DNA of 64,000 nt from Minisyncoccota bacterium (lineage in GTDB: Bacteria; Patescibacteriota; Minisyncoccia; Phycocordibacterales; Phycocordibacteraceae). A model generated the notes under the pieces. That model did no database searches. It saw only the letters and a program-made list of their open reading frames with translations, and was not told the origin of the DNA. Location of the stretch: positions 24,847-88,846 of the forward strand of contig JALHOO010000001.1 of assembly GCA_022842945.1 (NCBI GenBank). Direction: 5' to 3'. The position numbers and the translations under genes are program-made. Shown one piece after another: positions 17,286-27,344 of this stretch; position 1 is the stretch's first letter; every line of letters begins with the position of its first letter.

Positions 17286-19460
17286 ATGAAAAACGTTGCT
17301 CGCTGGACCGCCATTATCGCGCTCTTTACCATCCCGTTCCTTCCTTTATATGTAGCTGGAGAGCTATTCTTCCCGTTTATAACTGGGAAGAACTTTGCGT
17401 TCCGTATCCTTATTGAGATTGCCATAGCGAGCTACGCAGTCCTTGCCATTGTCGACAGGCGGTACCGTCCCCGCTTCTCCTGGATCCTCGTCCTGTTTAC
17501 GGCATTCGTTGCCTGGATGGCCATTGCGAACTTCCTGGGTGTGCACCCGCACAAAGCATTCTGGAGCAACTTCGAGCGTATGGATGGTTGGATAATGCTT
17601 ATCCATGTGTACGGGCTCTTCATTGTTGCAACGTCTGTACTTACGGTTGAGAAGCTTTGGAGGCGCTGGTGGATGTTCTTCCTCTCCGTGGGTGCGTTTG
17701 TATGTCTGTATGGTCTTATTCAGACCGTTGGAGGTGCTCAAATCCATCAGAGCGGTACTCGCATCGATGCGTCGTTTGGAAACGCTATCTACATGGCGGT
17801 GTACCTCATGTTCTCCATCCTTATAGCAGGATGGCTTGCGGTTACCTCAAAGGGCTGGGTACGCTACGCGCTCGCTGGATCTGCAATTCTTTCACTCCTC
17901 CTTCTCCTCTTAACCGCATCTCGCGGTCCGCTCATTGGTCTTGCGGCAGGTATTGGTGCGGCAAGCGTACTGTGGCTTGGTCTCAGTCTTCGTTCAAAGG
18001 AGACCAGGAACTCTGTTGGACTTAAGTGGGCAGCAGGAGGCCTTCTTGGACTCCTCATTCTTATCGGAGGCTTCTACCTCGTTCGCGACTCTGCGTTTGT
18101 CGAACAGACTCCAAGCCTTTCTCGTCTCTCGAGCGTGTTCACTCTGAGCGAGGAACTCGAGGTGCGCTCTACCATTTGGGGCATTGCGCTTCAGGGTGTA
18201 CAGGAAGATCCGTTAACTGGATGGGGCCAGGAAGGATTCAATCAGGTATTCAACAAGTACTACGAGCCATCTCTCTATGCTCAGGAGGCGTGGTTCGATA
18301 GGGCACACAACATGTACATCGATTGGCTCGTAGCAGGAGGTATTCCAGCGCTACTCCTATTCGTGTCACTACTCGCGCTCGCATTCTTTGCTCTTCTGCG
18401 CGCACCTGAGTACACCCGCGCAGAGCGTGCTCTCCTTATAGGAGCACTTGCTGCATACGCCGTGCAGGCACTCGTAGTGTTCGATAACCTCTTCAGCTAT
18501 GTGCCGCTCGCTATTCTGCTTGCTATGGCACATGCGTCAGCGTCCCGAACTATTCCCGCTCTTGAAGCATTGCCTGAAGTGCGCTCGGAGAACAATCGAA
18601 CAATCGTTGGTGTAGTTGCGGTACTCGTGGCGGGGGCAGCGGTATGGATGGTTAACGTGCCAAGTATTAATGCCGCAAATCATTTGGTGTATGCAGTGTC
18701 GCCCTCACAGGCAGGGATTGCAACAAACCTTGAGCTCTTCAAGATGGCGCTCAAGGACGGATCTTTCGCTAATCAGGAGATACGCGAGCAGCTCTCCATG
18801 TTTTCAAAGAGAGTTTCAGAGGAGGCAAATGTGCCAGACGAGTTAAAGTCTGCACTTGTTGCGCTTGCGATTGAAGAGATGGCTAAGGAAATAGCGTTCT
18901 CGCCAAGCGATGCTCGTTTGCGTGCTCAGTATGCACAAGCCCTTGAAACAGCAGGGAAGTCCGAAGAGAGCATTGCCGAGTTCGAGAGTGCGATCGAGCT
19001 TTCTCCAAGAAAGCAGGCTCTGTACATAACGTATGGATTTAGCCTATATAGACTTGGACGTCTTGAGGAGGCACAGGAGGCGTTTAGAATAGCGTATGAG
19101 CTCGACCCTTCTTTTGAGGAGGTTGCGATAACAAGTGCGTCTGGCTACATTCTCACGGGTAGCGTTGCCGAAGGAAAGGCACTCCTTATGGAAGCTCTTG
19201 GTACTACCACTCCGGATCACGACATACTGTTCTATGCGTACTATCAGACACAGCAGTGGAATGAACTCATTGGTGTTGCAGAGGCGCGCGTAACAGCAGA
19301 GAGCGGTTCTGCTGCTAGTAGACTGCGTCTCGCACAGGCATACGCTGTTGCCAATCGCTTTGCAGAAGCTCGTGCCGAGATTGAAGCTACGATTGCTGCT
19401 CATCCAGGGAGCCGCACGGAAGCAGAGGTTCTTCTTGCAAAGATCTTGCAAGCTCAGTAA
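17286..19460 (+). CDS. O-antigen ligase (Wzy_C)-family polytopic membrane protein with C-terminal TPRs
   Basis: FGNAIYMA, TASRGP, R..IW...PLTGWG.E.F, FDRAHN..IDWL; TPR-like helices at the C-terminus. Confidence 0.85.
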   Translation: MKNVARWTAIIALFTIPFLPLYVAGELFFPFITGKNFAFRILIEIAIASYAVLAIVDRRYRPRFSWILVLFTAFVAWMAIANFLGVHPHKAFWSNFERMDGWIMLIHVYGLFIVATSVLTVEKLWRRWWMFFLSVGAFVCLYGLIQTVGGAQIHQSGTRIDASFGNAIYMAVYLMFSILIAGWLAVTSKGWVRYALAGSAILSLLLLLLTASRGPLIGLAAGIGAASVLWLGLSLRSKETRNSVGLKWAAGGLLGLLILIGGFYLVRDSAFVEQTPSLSRLSSVFTLSEELEVRSTIWGIALQGVQEDPLTGWGQEGFNQVFNKYYEPSLYAQEAWFDRAHNMYIDWLVAGGIPALLLFVSLLALAFFALLRAPEYTRAERALLIGALAAYAVQALVVFDNLFSYVPLAILLAMAHASASRTIPALEALPEVRSENNRTIVGVVAVLVAGAAVWMVNVPSINAANHLVYAVSPSQAGIATNLELFKMALKDGSFANQEIREQLSMFSKRVSEEANVPDELKSALVALAIEEMAKEIAFSPSDARLRAQYAQALETAGKSEESIAEFESAIELSPRKQALYITYGFSLYRLGRLEEAQEAFRIAYELDPSFEEVAITSASGYILTGSVAEGKALLMEALGTTTPDHDILFYAYYQTQQWNELIGVAEARVTAESGSAASRLRLAQAYAVANRFAEARAEIEATIAAHPGSRTEAEVLLAKILQAQ

Positions 19461-20479
19461 TGATTCTTCGCGAGCACGTACCGCTCTCTTCTCTAACAAC
19501 CCTTAAGGTTGGAGGACTCGTGCGCTATGTAGTTGAGTGCGCAAGCGAGAGTGACGTGCGCGAGGCACTTACGTTTGCACACGCACAGAACCTTCCGTGG
19601 AGTGTGCTTGGGGAAGGGAGCAATGTCCTTGCGAGAGATGAAGGATACGCGGGTGTGTTGTTGCTGATGCGCATGCAGGGGTGTGTGTTCGAGGAAACCG
19701 ATGGCTCTGTTCTTGTAACCGCTGGAGCAGGTGTTCCATGGGACGAGTTTGTGACTCTGTGTGTGGAGCGGGGTTTGTGGGGCGTTGAGAACCTTGCAGG
19801 CATCCCGGGAACCACAGGAGCCTCTCCGGTGCAGAACATTGGTGCGTACGGCACAGAAGCCTGCGACTCACTTGTTGAGGTACGTGTTCTCAATACCAAG
19901 ACTGGAGAAGTAGAACACATAGCAAACAAAGATTGCGCTTTCGGATATCGGGAAAGCAGGTTTAAGCACGACAAGACGCTCATTATCCTGTCCGTTGTTT
20001 TCAGGCTTCAAATAGAGGGCTCGCCTTCACTAGGGTATAAGGATCTTGCGGCATACGAGGCTATGAATGGAGCACTCACAACCCCCAAAGCCATAGCAGG
20101 GGCCGTACGTTCAATACGTGCACAGAAGTTCCCAGACCTCGCTACACACGGGACGGCAGGCTCGTTCTTCAAGAACCCAACTATTTCAAAAGAGAAGTAC
20201 ACAGAACTCGCTGAGAAGTTTGAAGGGCTGCCGGGATTTGCAAATGATACGGGTGTAAAGATCCCGCTCGCGTTCGTTCTCGATCGCGTGCTTAACCTCC
20301 GCGGATACACAGAAGGGAACGTATCGCTGTTTGAACGTCAGCCACTTGTGCTGGTTGCGCACACAGGAGCAACAGCGCACGAGGTTGATGTGTTTGCAAA
20401 AAGTATTGCCGAGCGTGTGCATGACGTCACAACTATTTCAGTTGAACGCGAAGTGCAACCGTTTCCATCAAAGATATGA
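19460..20479 (+). CDS. murB: UDP-N-acetylenolpyruvoylglucosamine reductase
   Basis: GEGSNVL, ENLAGIPGTTGASPVQNIGAYG, FGYRESRFK, AGSFFKNP. Confidence 0.95.
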   Translation: MILREHVPLSSLTTLKVGGLVRYVVECASESDVREALTFAHAQNLPWSVLGEGSNVLARDEGYAGVLLLMRMQGCVFEETDGSVLVTAGAGVPWDEFVTLCVERGLWGVENLAGIPGTTGASPVQNIGAYGTEACDSLVEVRVLNTKTGEVEHIANKDCAFGYRESRFKHDKTLIILSVVFRLQIEGSPSLGYKDLAAYEAMNGALTTPKAIAGAVRSIRAQKFPDLATHGTAGSFFKNPTISKEKYTELAEKFEGLPGFANDTGVKIPLAFVLDRVLNLRGYTEGNVSLFERQPLVLVAHTGATAHEVDVFAKSIAERVHDVTTISVEREVQPFPSKI

Positions 20480-20493
20480 AAACTTTTCTAACA

Positions 20494-20533
20494 AAAAACA
20501 TTCGCAACAAATTATTTTGTTGCGAATGTTTTT
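20494..20533. repeat. Perfect 18-bp inverted repeat (terminator or operator)
   Basis: AAAAACATTCGCAACAAA-TTAT-TTTGTTGCGAATGTTTTT. Confidence 0.85.
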
Positions 20534-20685
20534 AAAACTTATCCACACATAAAATATTTTGTTGCATTAATTATTATTTTTAACCGCATACTATTCCTTA
20601 GCACGCATCACAAAGAAATTTTTCATACGAAAAGTTTTTTATGATGCGGGTCGACAATATCAGTCATAGAAATTTATCTAGACTT

Positions 20686-20889
20686 ATGGCAGCAAAGAAG
20701 AAGGCAGCGAAGAAGGCAGCTCCAAAGCGTAAGGTCGCTAAGAAAGCAGCTCCAAAGCGCAAGCCAGCAAAGAAGGCAGCTAAGAAAGCAGCTCCAAAGC
20801 GCAAGCCAGCAAAGAAGGTTGCGAAGAAGGCTGTTAAGAAGGCAGCGAAGAAGGCTCCAGCTAAGCGGAAGGCCGCAAAGCGCAAGTAG
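20686..20889 (+). CDS. Histone H1-like Lys/Ala/Pro-rich DNA-binding protein (67 aa)
   Basis: Repeated KKAAPKRK units; followed by a strong terminator. Confidence 0.85.
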   Translation: MAAKKKAAKKAAPKRKVAKKAAPKRKPAKKAAKKAAPKRKPAKKVAKKAVKKAAKKAPAKRKAAKRK

Positions 20890-20907
20890 TTTTCAGAACT
20901 CCTTTTT

Positions 20908-20940
20908 GAGAAAACCTCCCACCGGGAGGTTTTCTCGTTT
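20908..20940 (+). terminator. Intrinsic terminator
   Basis: GAGAAAACCTCCC-ACC-GGGAGGTTTTCTC. Confidence 0.85.
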
Positions 20941-21005
20941 TACGCGGGCACTGTAAGAGGAGCGCGATGTGCGGTATAGTGCCGATACCTTATATATAGA
21001 TACGT

Positions 21006-23537
21006 ATGGCTACCATCCTTGGAAAACTGTTCTCGAAGAATCAATCAGCAAGCTTTGTTAAGACAGCAGGGCCTGTTGTAGAGCAAGCTAATAAGCTCTC
21101 TGAGAGCTTTGAGGCTCTTGCGGGGAGTGAGCTCATAAGTCGCCTTGCGGCAGTACGAGAGCGGTGCAAGGGTGTGCCAACCGAGACCAATGATGTTGCT
21201 GAGGTGTTTGCGCTCGTACGTGAGGCAGCCAGACGCACGCTGAACGAACGCCATTACGACGTACAGCTTATTGGAGGGCTTGTCCTTGGAAAGGGAAAGA
21301 TTGCCGAGATGCGTACCGGAGAGGGAAAGACACTCGTTGCGACGCTTCCGGTTACCTTGTTTGCGCTTGCAGGAAAGGGTGTGCACGTTGTTACGGTTAA
21401 CGACTATCTCGCACGTCGCGACGCTGCATGGATGGGGCAGGTGTATGCAGCCCTTGGTCTTAGTGTGGGTGTAGTTACATCCGGAGGTGCCTATCTCTAC
21501 GACGCGTCACACACAGAGACGCAAGACGATGAGAAGCGTGACGAAGAAGGATCGTTCCGTGTGTTCTACGACTTCTTGCGTCCGGCTACAAAGCAGGAGG
21601 CATACAAGGCAGACATTACGTACGCAACAAACAACGAACTTGGCTTTGATTACCTGCGTGACAACACGGCGTATGACGCGGGTCAGATAGTACAGCGCGG
21701 ACAGCACTACGCTATCGTGGACGAGATCGACTCCATTCTTATTGATGAGGCACGCACACCACTCATTATCTCGGGACCTGCAGGAGACGCTGAGGGCCTC
21801 TACGAGCGCTTCGCAAGCATTGTGCGCGCCTTTGCACAGGAAGAGGACTATACGGTTGATGAGAAGCAGCGTGCGGTGCAGATAACCGAAGAAGGAATTC
21901 GAAAGGCTGAAGCAGCACTTGGTATTGAGAACCTCTATGCCGAGGGCGGCATGAAGTACGCGCACCATTTGGATACTGCCGTACGTGCAAAAGCATTGTT
22001 CCGTGGCGACAAGGAGTACGTCGTTAAGGAAAACGAGATTGTTATCGTGGACGAGTTTACCGGGCGCCTTCAGCCAGGACGCCGCTGGAGCGAAGGACTG
22101 CATCAGGCTGTTGAAGCTAAGGAAGGTGTACCTATCCAGAAGGAGACACGTACCTATGCCTCGGTTACGTTCCAGAACTTCTTCCGCATGTATACGCAAG
22201 TAGCGGGTATGACCGGAACCGGCCTCTCGTCTGAGGAGGAGTTCTTTACAGTGTATGGCCTTGAGGTTGTGCAGGTACCCACCCACCGGCCAATTGCTCG
22301 AAAGGACTATGACGACCTTATCTTCCAGAACCTGAAGGGGAAGTATGCGGCGCTCGCGAGTCATGTAAAGGAAGTACATGCGAAGGGGCAGCCGGTGCTT
22401 ATTGGTACGGTGTCTATTGAGGACAACGAGGTGGTGAGCGCAGCGCTTACTAAGGCAGGTATTCCACACGAGGTGCTGAACGCAAAGAACCACGAGCGTG
22501 AGGGAGAGATTATTGCGTCAGCGGGACGCAAGGGTGGGGTCACGGTTGCAACAAACCTTGCCGGACGCGGTGTCGACATTAAGCTTGGAGGCATCAACGC
22601 GCGTCCTGAGGACCGCGAGGAAGTGCGCTCCCTTGGAGGACTCCTTGTTATTGGTACCGAGCGTCATGAGGCACGTCGTATTGATGATCAGCTTCGCGGA
22701 CGCTCTGGTCGCCAGGGAGATCCGGGCGAGACTCGCTTCTATGTGTCGCTTGATGACAAGCTTATGCGTGTCTTTGCGTCTGACATGGTTAAGAACGTCA
22801 TGGGAACCTTCAAGATTCCTGAGGACGAGCCGATAGAGAGCTCTCTTATCACGCGTGCTCTTGAGACCGCCCAGAAGCGTATCGAAGGATTCAACTTCGA
22901 TTCTCGCAAGCAGGTGCTCTCATATGACGATGTGCTCAACACCCAGCGCCTTGCGGTATACCGCGAGCGTATGACGGCACTCCTTGGGACTGATGAGGAG
23001 ATTGAGGCTCTCGTGAAGAGCTTTATGGAAGGGAACGCAGAGGCTCTCGCTATATACGAGGCAAAGAAGGAAGAGTTCGGAGCACAAGCGCTGTCTATGC
23101 TCATGCGCCGTTTGGTTCTCCAGGTTACCGACACCTTCTGGCTTGAGCACCTTGAGTCCATGGACTACCTCCGCCGCTCGGTGTCTCTTCGTGCATACGG
23201 CCAGCGCGATCCGTTGATTGAGTACCGCAAGGAGGGTCTAGGAAGGTATAAGGCACTCCAAGAGGGTGTACGTGCTGCGGTTACGGAAGCTATTCCGCGC
23301 ATTCGTCCGGCAGACGACGCTCGCATCCGTGCAGAAGAGGAGAAGGTGCGTGCGAAGCTTGTTGCGGCAGGCGCAAACACTGACGACACAGGAGAGCCGG
23401 CACCGCCTATCAAGAACACGCAAGAATACGGACGCAACGACGAGGTAACGATACGAAAGGGAGATGAGACGCAGACCGTAAAGTACAAGAAGGCAGAGCC
23501 GCTCTTGTCCGAAGGTTGGGAGATTGTAACGAAGTAG
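21006..23537 (+). CDS. secA: Preprotein translocase ATPase SecA
   Basis: EMRTGEGKT, VDEIDSILIDEARTPLIISG, QLRGRSGRQGDPG. Confidence 0.98.
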   Translation: MATILGKLFSKNQSASFVKTAGPVVEQANKLSESFEALAGSELISRLAAVRERCKGVPTETNDVAEVFALVREAARRTLNERHYDVQLIGGLVLGKGKIAEMRTGEGKTLVATLPVTLFALAGKGVHVVTVNDYLARRDAAWMGQVYAALGLSVGVVTSGGAYLYDASHTETQDDEKRDEEGSFRVFYDFLRPATKQEAYKADITYATNNELGFDYLRDNTAYDAGQIVQRGQHYAIVDEIDSILIDEARTPLIISGPAGDAEGLYERFASIVRAFAQEEDYTVDEKQRAVQITEEGIRKAEAALGIENLYAEGGMKYAHHLDTAVRAKALFRGDKEYVVKENEIVIVDEFTGRLQPGRRWSEGLHQAVEAKEGVPIQKETRTYASVTFQNFFRMYTQVAGMTGTGLSSEEEFFTVYGLEVVQVPTHRPIARKDYDDLIFQNLKGKYAALASHVKEVHAKGQPVLIGTVSIEDNEVVSAALTKAGIPHEVLNAKNHEREGEIIASAGRKGGVTVATNLAGRGVDIKLGGINARPEDREEVRSLGGLLVIGTERHEARRIDDQLRGRSGRQGDPGETRFYVSLDDKLMRVFASDMVKNVMGTFKIPEDEPIESSLITRALETAQKRIEGFNFDSRKQVLSYDDVLNTQRLAVYRERMTALLGTDEEIEALVKSFMEGNAEALAIYEAKKEEFGAQALSMLMRRLVLQVTDTFWLEHLESMDYLRRSVSLRAYGQRDPLIEYRKEGLGRYKALQEGVRAAVTEAIPRIRPADDARIRAEEEKVRAKLVAAGANTDDTGEPAPPIKNTQEYGRNDEVTIRKGDETQTVKYKKAEPLLSEGWEIVTK

Positions 23538-23548
23538 TTTGGAAAGAT

Positions 23549-23582
23549 GAAAGACCGTCCTCGGAATCGAGGACGGTCTTTC
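23549..23582 (+). terminator. Intrinsic terminator
   Basis: 15-bp perfect stem GAAAGACCGTCCTCG-GAAT-CGAGGACGGTCTTTC. Confidence 0.85.
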
Positions 23583-23660
23583 GCGTTGTCGTGTGCAACC
23601 GTACTCGCACCATGCCTATAATATTAGGTAAAGTCAACGTTCTGTGGTATCCTCCTACAA

Positions 23661-24653
23661 ATGGCTTTTGTTGATGAGATGCATGTACACGCAGTAGCCG
23701 GTCACGGAGGATCGGGTGTTGTGAGGTGGCTTCATATGAAAGGACTTGAGAAGGGTGGTCCTGCAGGAGGCGACGGAGGACGCGGTGGAGACATCGTGGT
23801 TGAGGCCGTGCGTGACCTTGCGGCTCTTGCTGCATATCGCTACACCAAGCGCATCAAAGCGGAGAATGGGGGTCCTGGAGAGGGGGTGGACCGCCACGGC
23901 AAGAACGGGGAACCAGTGGTACTTCGGGTGCCTGTAGGGAGCACGGTGCGGGTGTCTTCTACGAACGATACCTTCGAGCTTCTGAAGGAAGGAGAGCGCG
24001 TGATTGTGCTTAAGGGAGGTCCTGGGGGCTATGGGAACGCGCACTACAAGGGACCCACAAACCAGAATCCAATGCAGTTTACGCCGGGCAAGAACGGCCA
24101 GACTGGGGATATCCATATCACCCTGAAGCTCATTGCAGACGCCGGGTTCATAGGCTTCCCGAACGCCGGGAAGTCCTCTCTCTTGAACGAGCTTACCCGT
24201 GCTCGCTCTCGTGTGGGTGCCTATCCGTTCACCACCCTCGACCCCCATCTCGGAGACTTCTATGGCCGCATCTTGGCTGATATTCCAGGTCTTATCGAGG
24301 GAGCCTCGGAAGGGCGAGGTCTCGGTTCTCGGTTCCTCAAGCATATAGAACGTACAAGGTTCCTTGTACATCTCGTCTCGGTTGAACAAGAAGACGTTGT
24401 TTCGGCTTATAGGGCCATACGGGACGAGCTCAGGGCGTTCGGGAACGGTCTCGACCAGAAGGACGAGCTCGTGGTGCTTACGAAGGTAGACCTTTTAACC
24501 GAGGAAGAGGCTGAAAACCTCCGGGTATCTCTTGAGAGGGAGGTGGGGAAGCCTGTGCTCGCGCTCTCCATTGCAGACGAGAATCTCGTAAAGCAGTTCT
24601 CAGATACGCTTACCAAAGAGCTCGCCAAGGCCGATTCCGTAGTAGCCGAGTAA
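23661..24653 (+). CDS. obgE: GTPase ObgE/CgtA
   Basis: Gly-rich Obg domain, GFPNAGKS, YPFTT, ADIPGLIEGA, TKVD. Confidence 0.96.
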   Translation: MAFVDEMHVHAVAGHGGSGVVRWLHMKGLEKGGPAGGDGGRGGDIVVEAVRDLAALAAYRYTKRIKAENGGPGEGVDRHGKNGEPVVLRVPVGSTVRVSSTNDTFELLKEGERVIVLKGGPGGYGNAHYKGPTNQNPMQFTPGKNGQTGDIHITLKLIADAGFIGFPNAGKSSLLNELTRARSRVGAYPFTTLDPHLGDFYGRILADIPGLIEGASEGRGLGSRFLKHIERTRFLVHLVSVEQEDVVSAYRAIRDELRAFGNGLDQKDELVVLTKVDLLTEEEAENLRVSLEREVGKPVLALSIADENLVKQFSDTLTKELAKADSVVAE

Positions 24654-24678
24654 CCTCCACCCGTGCTAGCATTTTTGT

Positions 24679-26100
24679 ATGAGTGCCTACCGTCCCACCA
24701 TAGGGCTTGAGATCCATGCCGAGCTCGCTACGAGCTCGAAGATGTTCTGTGCTTGCAAGAACGAGCCTGAGGGATCTGCTCCAAACGTGCACGTGTGTCC
24801 AGTCTGTATGGCGCACCCAGGAGCGCTTCCGGTTGCGAACAAGGAGGCAGTGCGACAAGTGCTGCGCGTGGGTACGGCTCTTAAAGCGAAGCTCGCCGAC
24901 TTCACCGAGTTCGATCGCAAGAGCTACTTCTATCCCGACATTCCGAAGGGGTATCAGATCAGTCAGTTCGAACATCCACTCGTTGCAGGAGGAACTCTTG
25001 CGGGCGTTGCGGTTACGCGTGTGCACCTCGAGGAGGACACGGCGCGCTCCTCGCACACTGCGAAGGAGGGTGTGAGTCTCGTCGACTTCAATCGTGCTGG
25101 TGTGCCGCTCATGGAACTTGTCACAGAGCCGGTCATCCATGACGCAGAGACTGCAGGAGTCTTTGCACGCGAGCTCCAGCTCCTCCTTCGTACGATTGGT
25201 GCCTCACATGCAAATCTTGAGAAGGGAGAGATGCGTGTCGAAGCAAATATTTCAGTATCGAAAGATGACACGTTTGGTACAAAAGTTGAGGTGAAGAATT
25301 TGAACTCCTTCCGCTCGGTGGAGCGTGCCATCGCGTTCGAGATTGAGCGTCAGTCCAAGCTTCTGGACGAGGGAGGCGTCGTGCTCCAGGAGACACGCGG
25401 ATGGGATGAGGGAGGACAGCGTACCTTCTCACAGAGACTGAAAGAGGGTAGTGCAGACTACCGGTACTTCCCAGAGCCGGATCTGCCGAAGCTCTATCGT
25501 TCAGAGATCCCTGAGTTCTCGGATGAGGCACTTCGCGCGTCTCTTCCAGAGCTTCCATGGGAACGACGTAGCCGATACGTTTCTCTTGGACTCAAGGAAA
25601 GCGACGCGGTGTTCTTCGCAGGCTCTCATGCACGCAGTACATTTCTTGATGCGGTTATAGAGGAGCTTGGAGGAGACACCAGTCTTTTAACAACAGCCGT
25701 GAACTATCTCAGTTCTGACGTTGCAGGTTGGTATGCGAAGAGCGAGAAGGAAGAGTACGAAGGGTTTCTTCCTGCACAGCTCATAGCGCTCGTACGGCTC
25801 GTGAGCACCGGTGCTCTATCCTCGAGGGGTGCCAAGGACGTGCTACCGCATCTCCTGTCTGGGGGAGGTGATCCTGAGGAGATAGCGAAGCGTGAGGGCC
25901 TTATACAGGTCAGTGACGAAGGTGCTCTTCGTGCAGCTGTTGAAGCAGTCCTAAAGGAGCATGCTGACGTGGCTGCAGAGTACCGTGCAGGCAAAGAGTC
26001 TTCTCTCCAGTTCCTGCTGGGAATGAGCATGAAGGCCATGAAGGGGGCAGGGAACCCAGGTGTGCTGAAGGGTCTCTTGGAGGAGGCGCTCAAGGCATAG
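24679..26100 (+). CDS. gatB: Asp/Glu-tRNA amidotransferase subunit B
   Basis: IGLEIHAEL, FDRKSYFYPD, HLEED, DYRYFPEPDLP. Confidence 0.97.
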   Translation: MSAYRPTIGLEIHAELATSSKMFCACKNEPEGSAPNVHVCPVCMAHPGALPVANKEAVRQVLRVGTALKAKLADFTEFDRKSYFYPDIPKGYQISQFEHPLVAGGTLAGVAVTRVHLEEDTARSSHTAKEGVSLVDFNRAGVPLMELVTEPVIHDAETAGVFARELQLLLRTIGASHANLEKGEMRVEANISVSKDDTFGTKVEVKNLNSFRSVERAIAFEIERQSKLLDEGGVVLQETRGWDEGGQRTFSQRLKEGSADYRYFPEPDLPKLYRSEIPEFSDEALRASLPELPWERRSRYVSLGLKESDAVFFAGSHARSTFLDAVIEELGGDTSLLTTAVNYLSSDVAGWYAKSEKEEYEGFLPAQLIALVRLVSTGALSSRGAKDVLPHLLSGGGDPEEIAKREGLIQVSDEGALRAAVEAVLKEHADVAAEYRAGKESSLQFLLGMSMKAMKGAGNPGVLKGLLEEALKA

Positions 26101-26117
26101 GTCACAGCGGATTAAAG

Positions 26118-26148
26118 AACACCTCTCCATCTTTTGGAGGGGTGTTTT
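26118..26148 (+). terminator. Intrinsic terminator
   Basis: AACACCTCTCCA/TGGAGGGGTGTT stem followed by Ts. Confidence 0.65.
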
Positions 26149-26221
26149 CATATTTACGCACTCACACTTGTCCTGTTCATAACCTCTTCGTATCGAGGCG
26201 AGAAAGCCTTATACTCAAAGC

Positions 26222-27109
26222 ATGGATGAGATAACTATTGAGGGGAAGGTATACATCTCGTCAAAGCAGGCGGCCAAAATTACTGGATATGCAAAGGATT
26301 ACGTTGGCCAGCTTTGTCGAGAAGGACGTGTTGACGCTCGTCACATAGGGCGTAATTGGTACGTTCTTGAAGATTCGATCCGTGAACATCGCTTTGGAGT
26401 ACCAGAAGAGAAGCCTGTGGAGGCTCCTAGGCAGGTAGAGAGTGCAATGAATACCGTATCTACCTGGCAGAAGCCACAGTATGCGCCTGAAGCACCTGTG
26501 TCTGTGCCAAGTCTGACTCCAAAGGCCCCTGAGGCGCCTGTGAGCACGCCTGCAATAGCAGATATGCAGTCTGCATGGAAGGAGTGGTTCGAAGAAAAGA
26601 AGCCTGTTATGGCGCTTCCAGACGGCTCAGAGGACTTTAAGGAAGAGTATTTGCCTCTCATTGTGCCTGAACCTGCTCTCGAGGAGGTTAAGGCAGAGGC
26701 TCCAGTGGAGGAACCAGAGGAAATGGTTGTTATTTCTCGCATACGCCCTGTGCCTGAAGAGGTTGCAGACGTGATTCCAGAGGAGGAAAAGGTTGAGCTA
26801 CACCGATCGTATACAACTACTACTTCTCCTCGTATGGAATACGACGATGGAATTGTAGAGGTGCCGCAGCCTGCTCACGTCACAGCGCCCGTTATAAAGG
26901 CTCCGTACCAGCCTGTTGAGGAGAAAGCATCAGCAAGTGGAGTCGTGCGCGCCCTGCTTATGGTGCTAGCTGTTGCGTCAGCAATGGTAGCGCTTATAGG
27001 AACAGGGAACGCAGATCAGCTTCTATCGGGTACTAGCCTAGACTTCGGTGCCCAGAAGGAGGTAATCGATTTTCTCGGTGGAAAGAGTACCTACGAAAGT
27101 AGCTTATAG
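26222..27109 (+). CDS. Excisionase-type HTH protein with Pro/Glu-rich linker and C-terminal TM helix
   Basis: YISSKQAAKITGYAKDYVGQLCREGRV..IGRNWYV; hydrophobic VVRALLMVLAVASAMVALIG. Confidence 0.8.
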   Translation: MDEITIEGKVYISSKQAAKITGYAKDYVGQLCREGRVDARHIGRNWYVLEDSIREHRFGVPEEKPVEAPRQVESAMNTVSTWQKPQYAPEAPVSVPSLTPKAPEAPVSTPAIADMQSAWKEWFEEKKPVMALPDGSEDFKEEYLPLIVPEPALEEVKAEAPVEEPEEMVVISRIRPVPEEVADVIPEEEKVELHRSYTTTTSPRMEYDDGIVEVPQPAHVTAPVIKAPYQPVEEKASASGVVRALLMVLAVASAMVALIGTGNADQLLSGTSLDFGAQKEVIDFLGGKSTYESSL

Positions 27110-27181
27110 AATATGAATATCTCGTCTCGTATACGCAAGATATGCATATGAGACAGGGGATGATGTAAAGAAAGAAAAAGA

Positions 27182-27215
27182 AGCAAAACAGCGCCAAATA
27201 AGGCGCTGTTTTGCT
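27182..27215. terminator. Hairpin/terminator
   Basis: 14-bp stem AGCAAAACAGCGCC-AAATAA-GGCGCTGTTTTGCT. Confidence 0.7.
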
Positions 27216-27318
27216 ATGTATGTGGATCACAGGGTCATATTAAACCAACTGCGGCCTATATTCTGTGTTGCGAGACTCACAATGATCATAAGATAAGGAC
27301 AAATCGTCCTCTACAACC

Positions 27319-27344
27319 CTACATACCTATATATAGGTATGTAG
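27319..27344. promoter_or_regulatory. Perfect 26-bp palindrome, candidate operator
   Basis: CTACATACCTATA/TATAGGTATGTAG with no loop, in AT-rich intergenic DNA. Confidence 0.55.
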
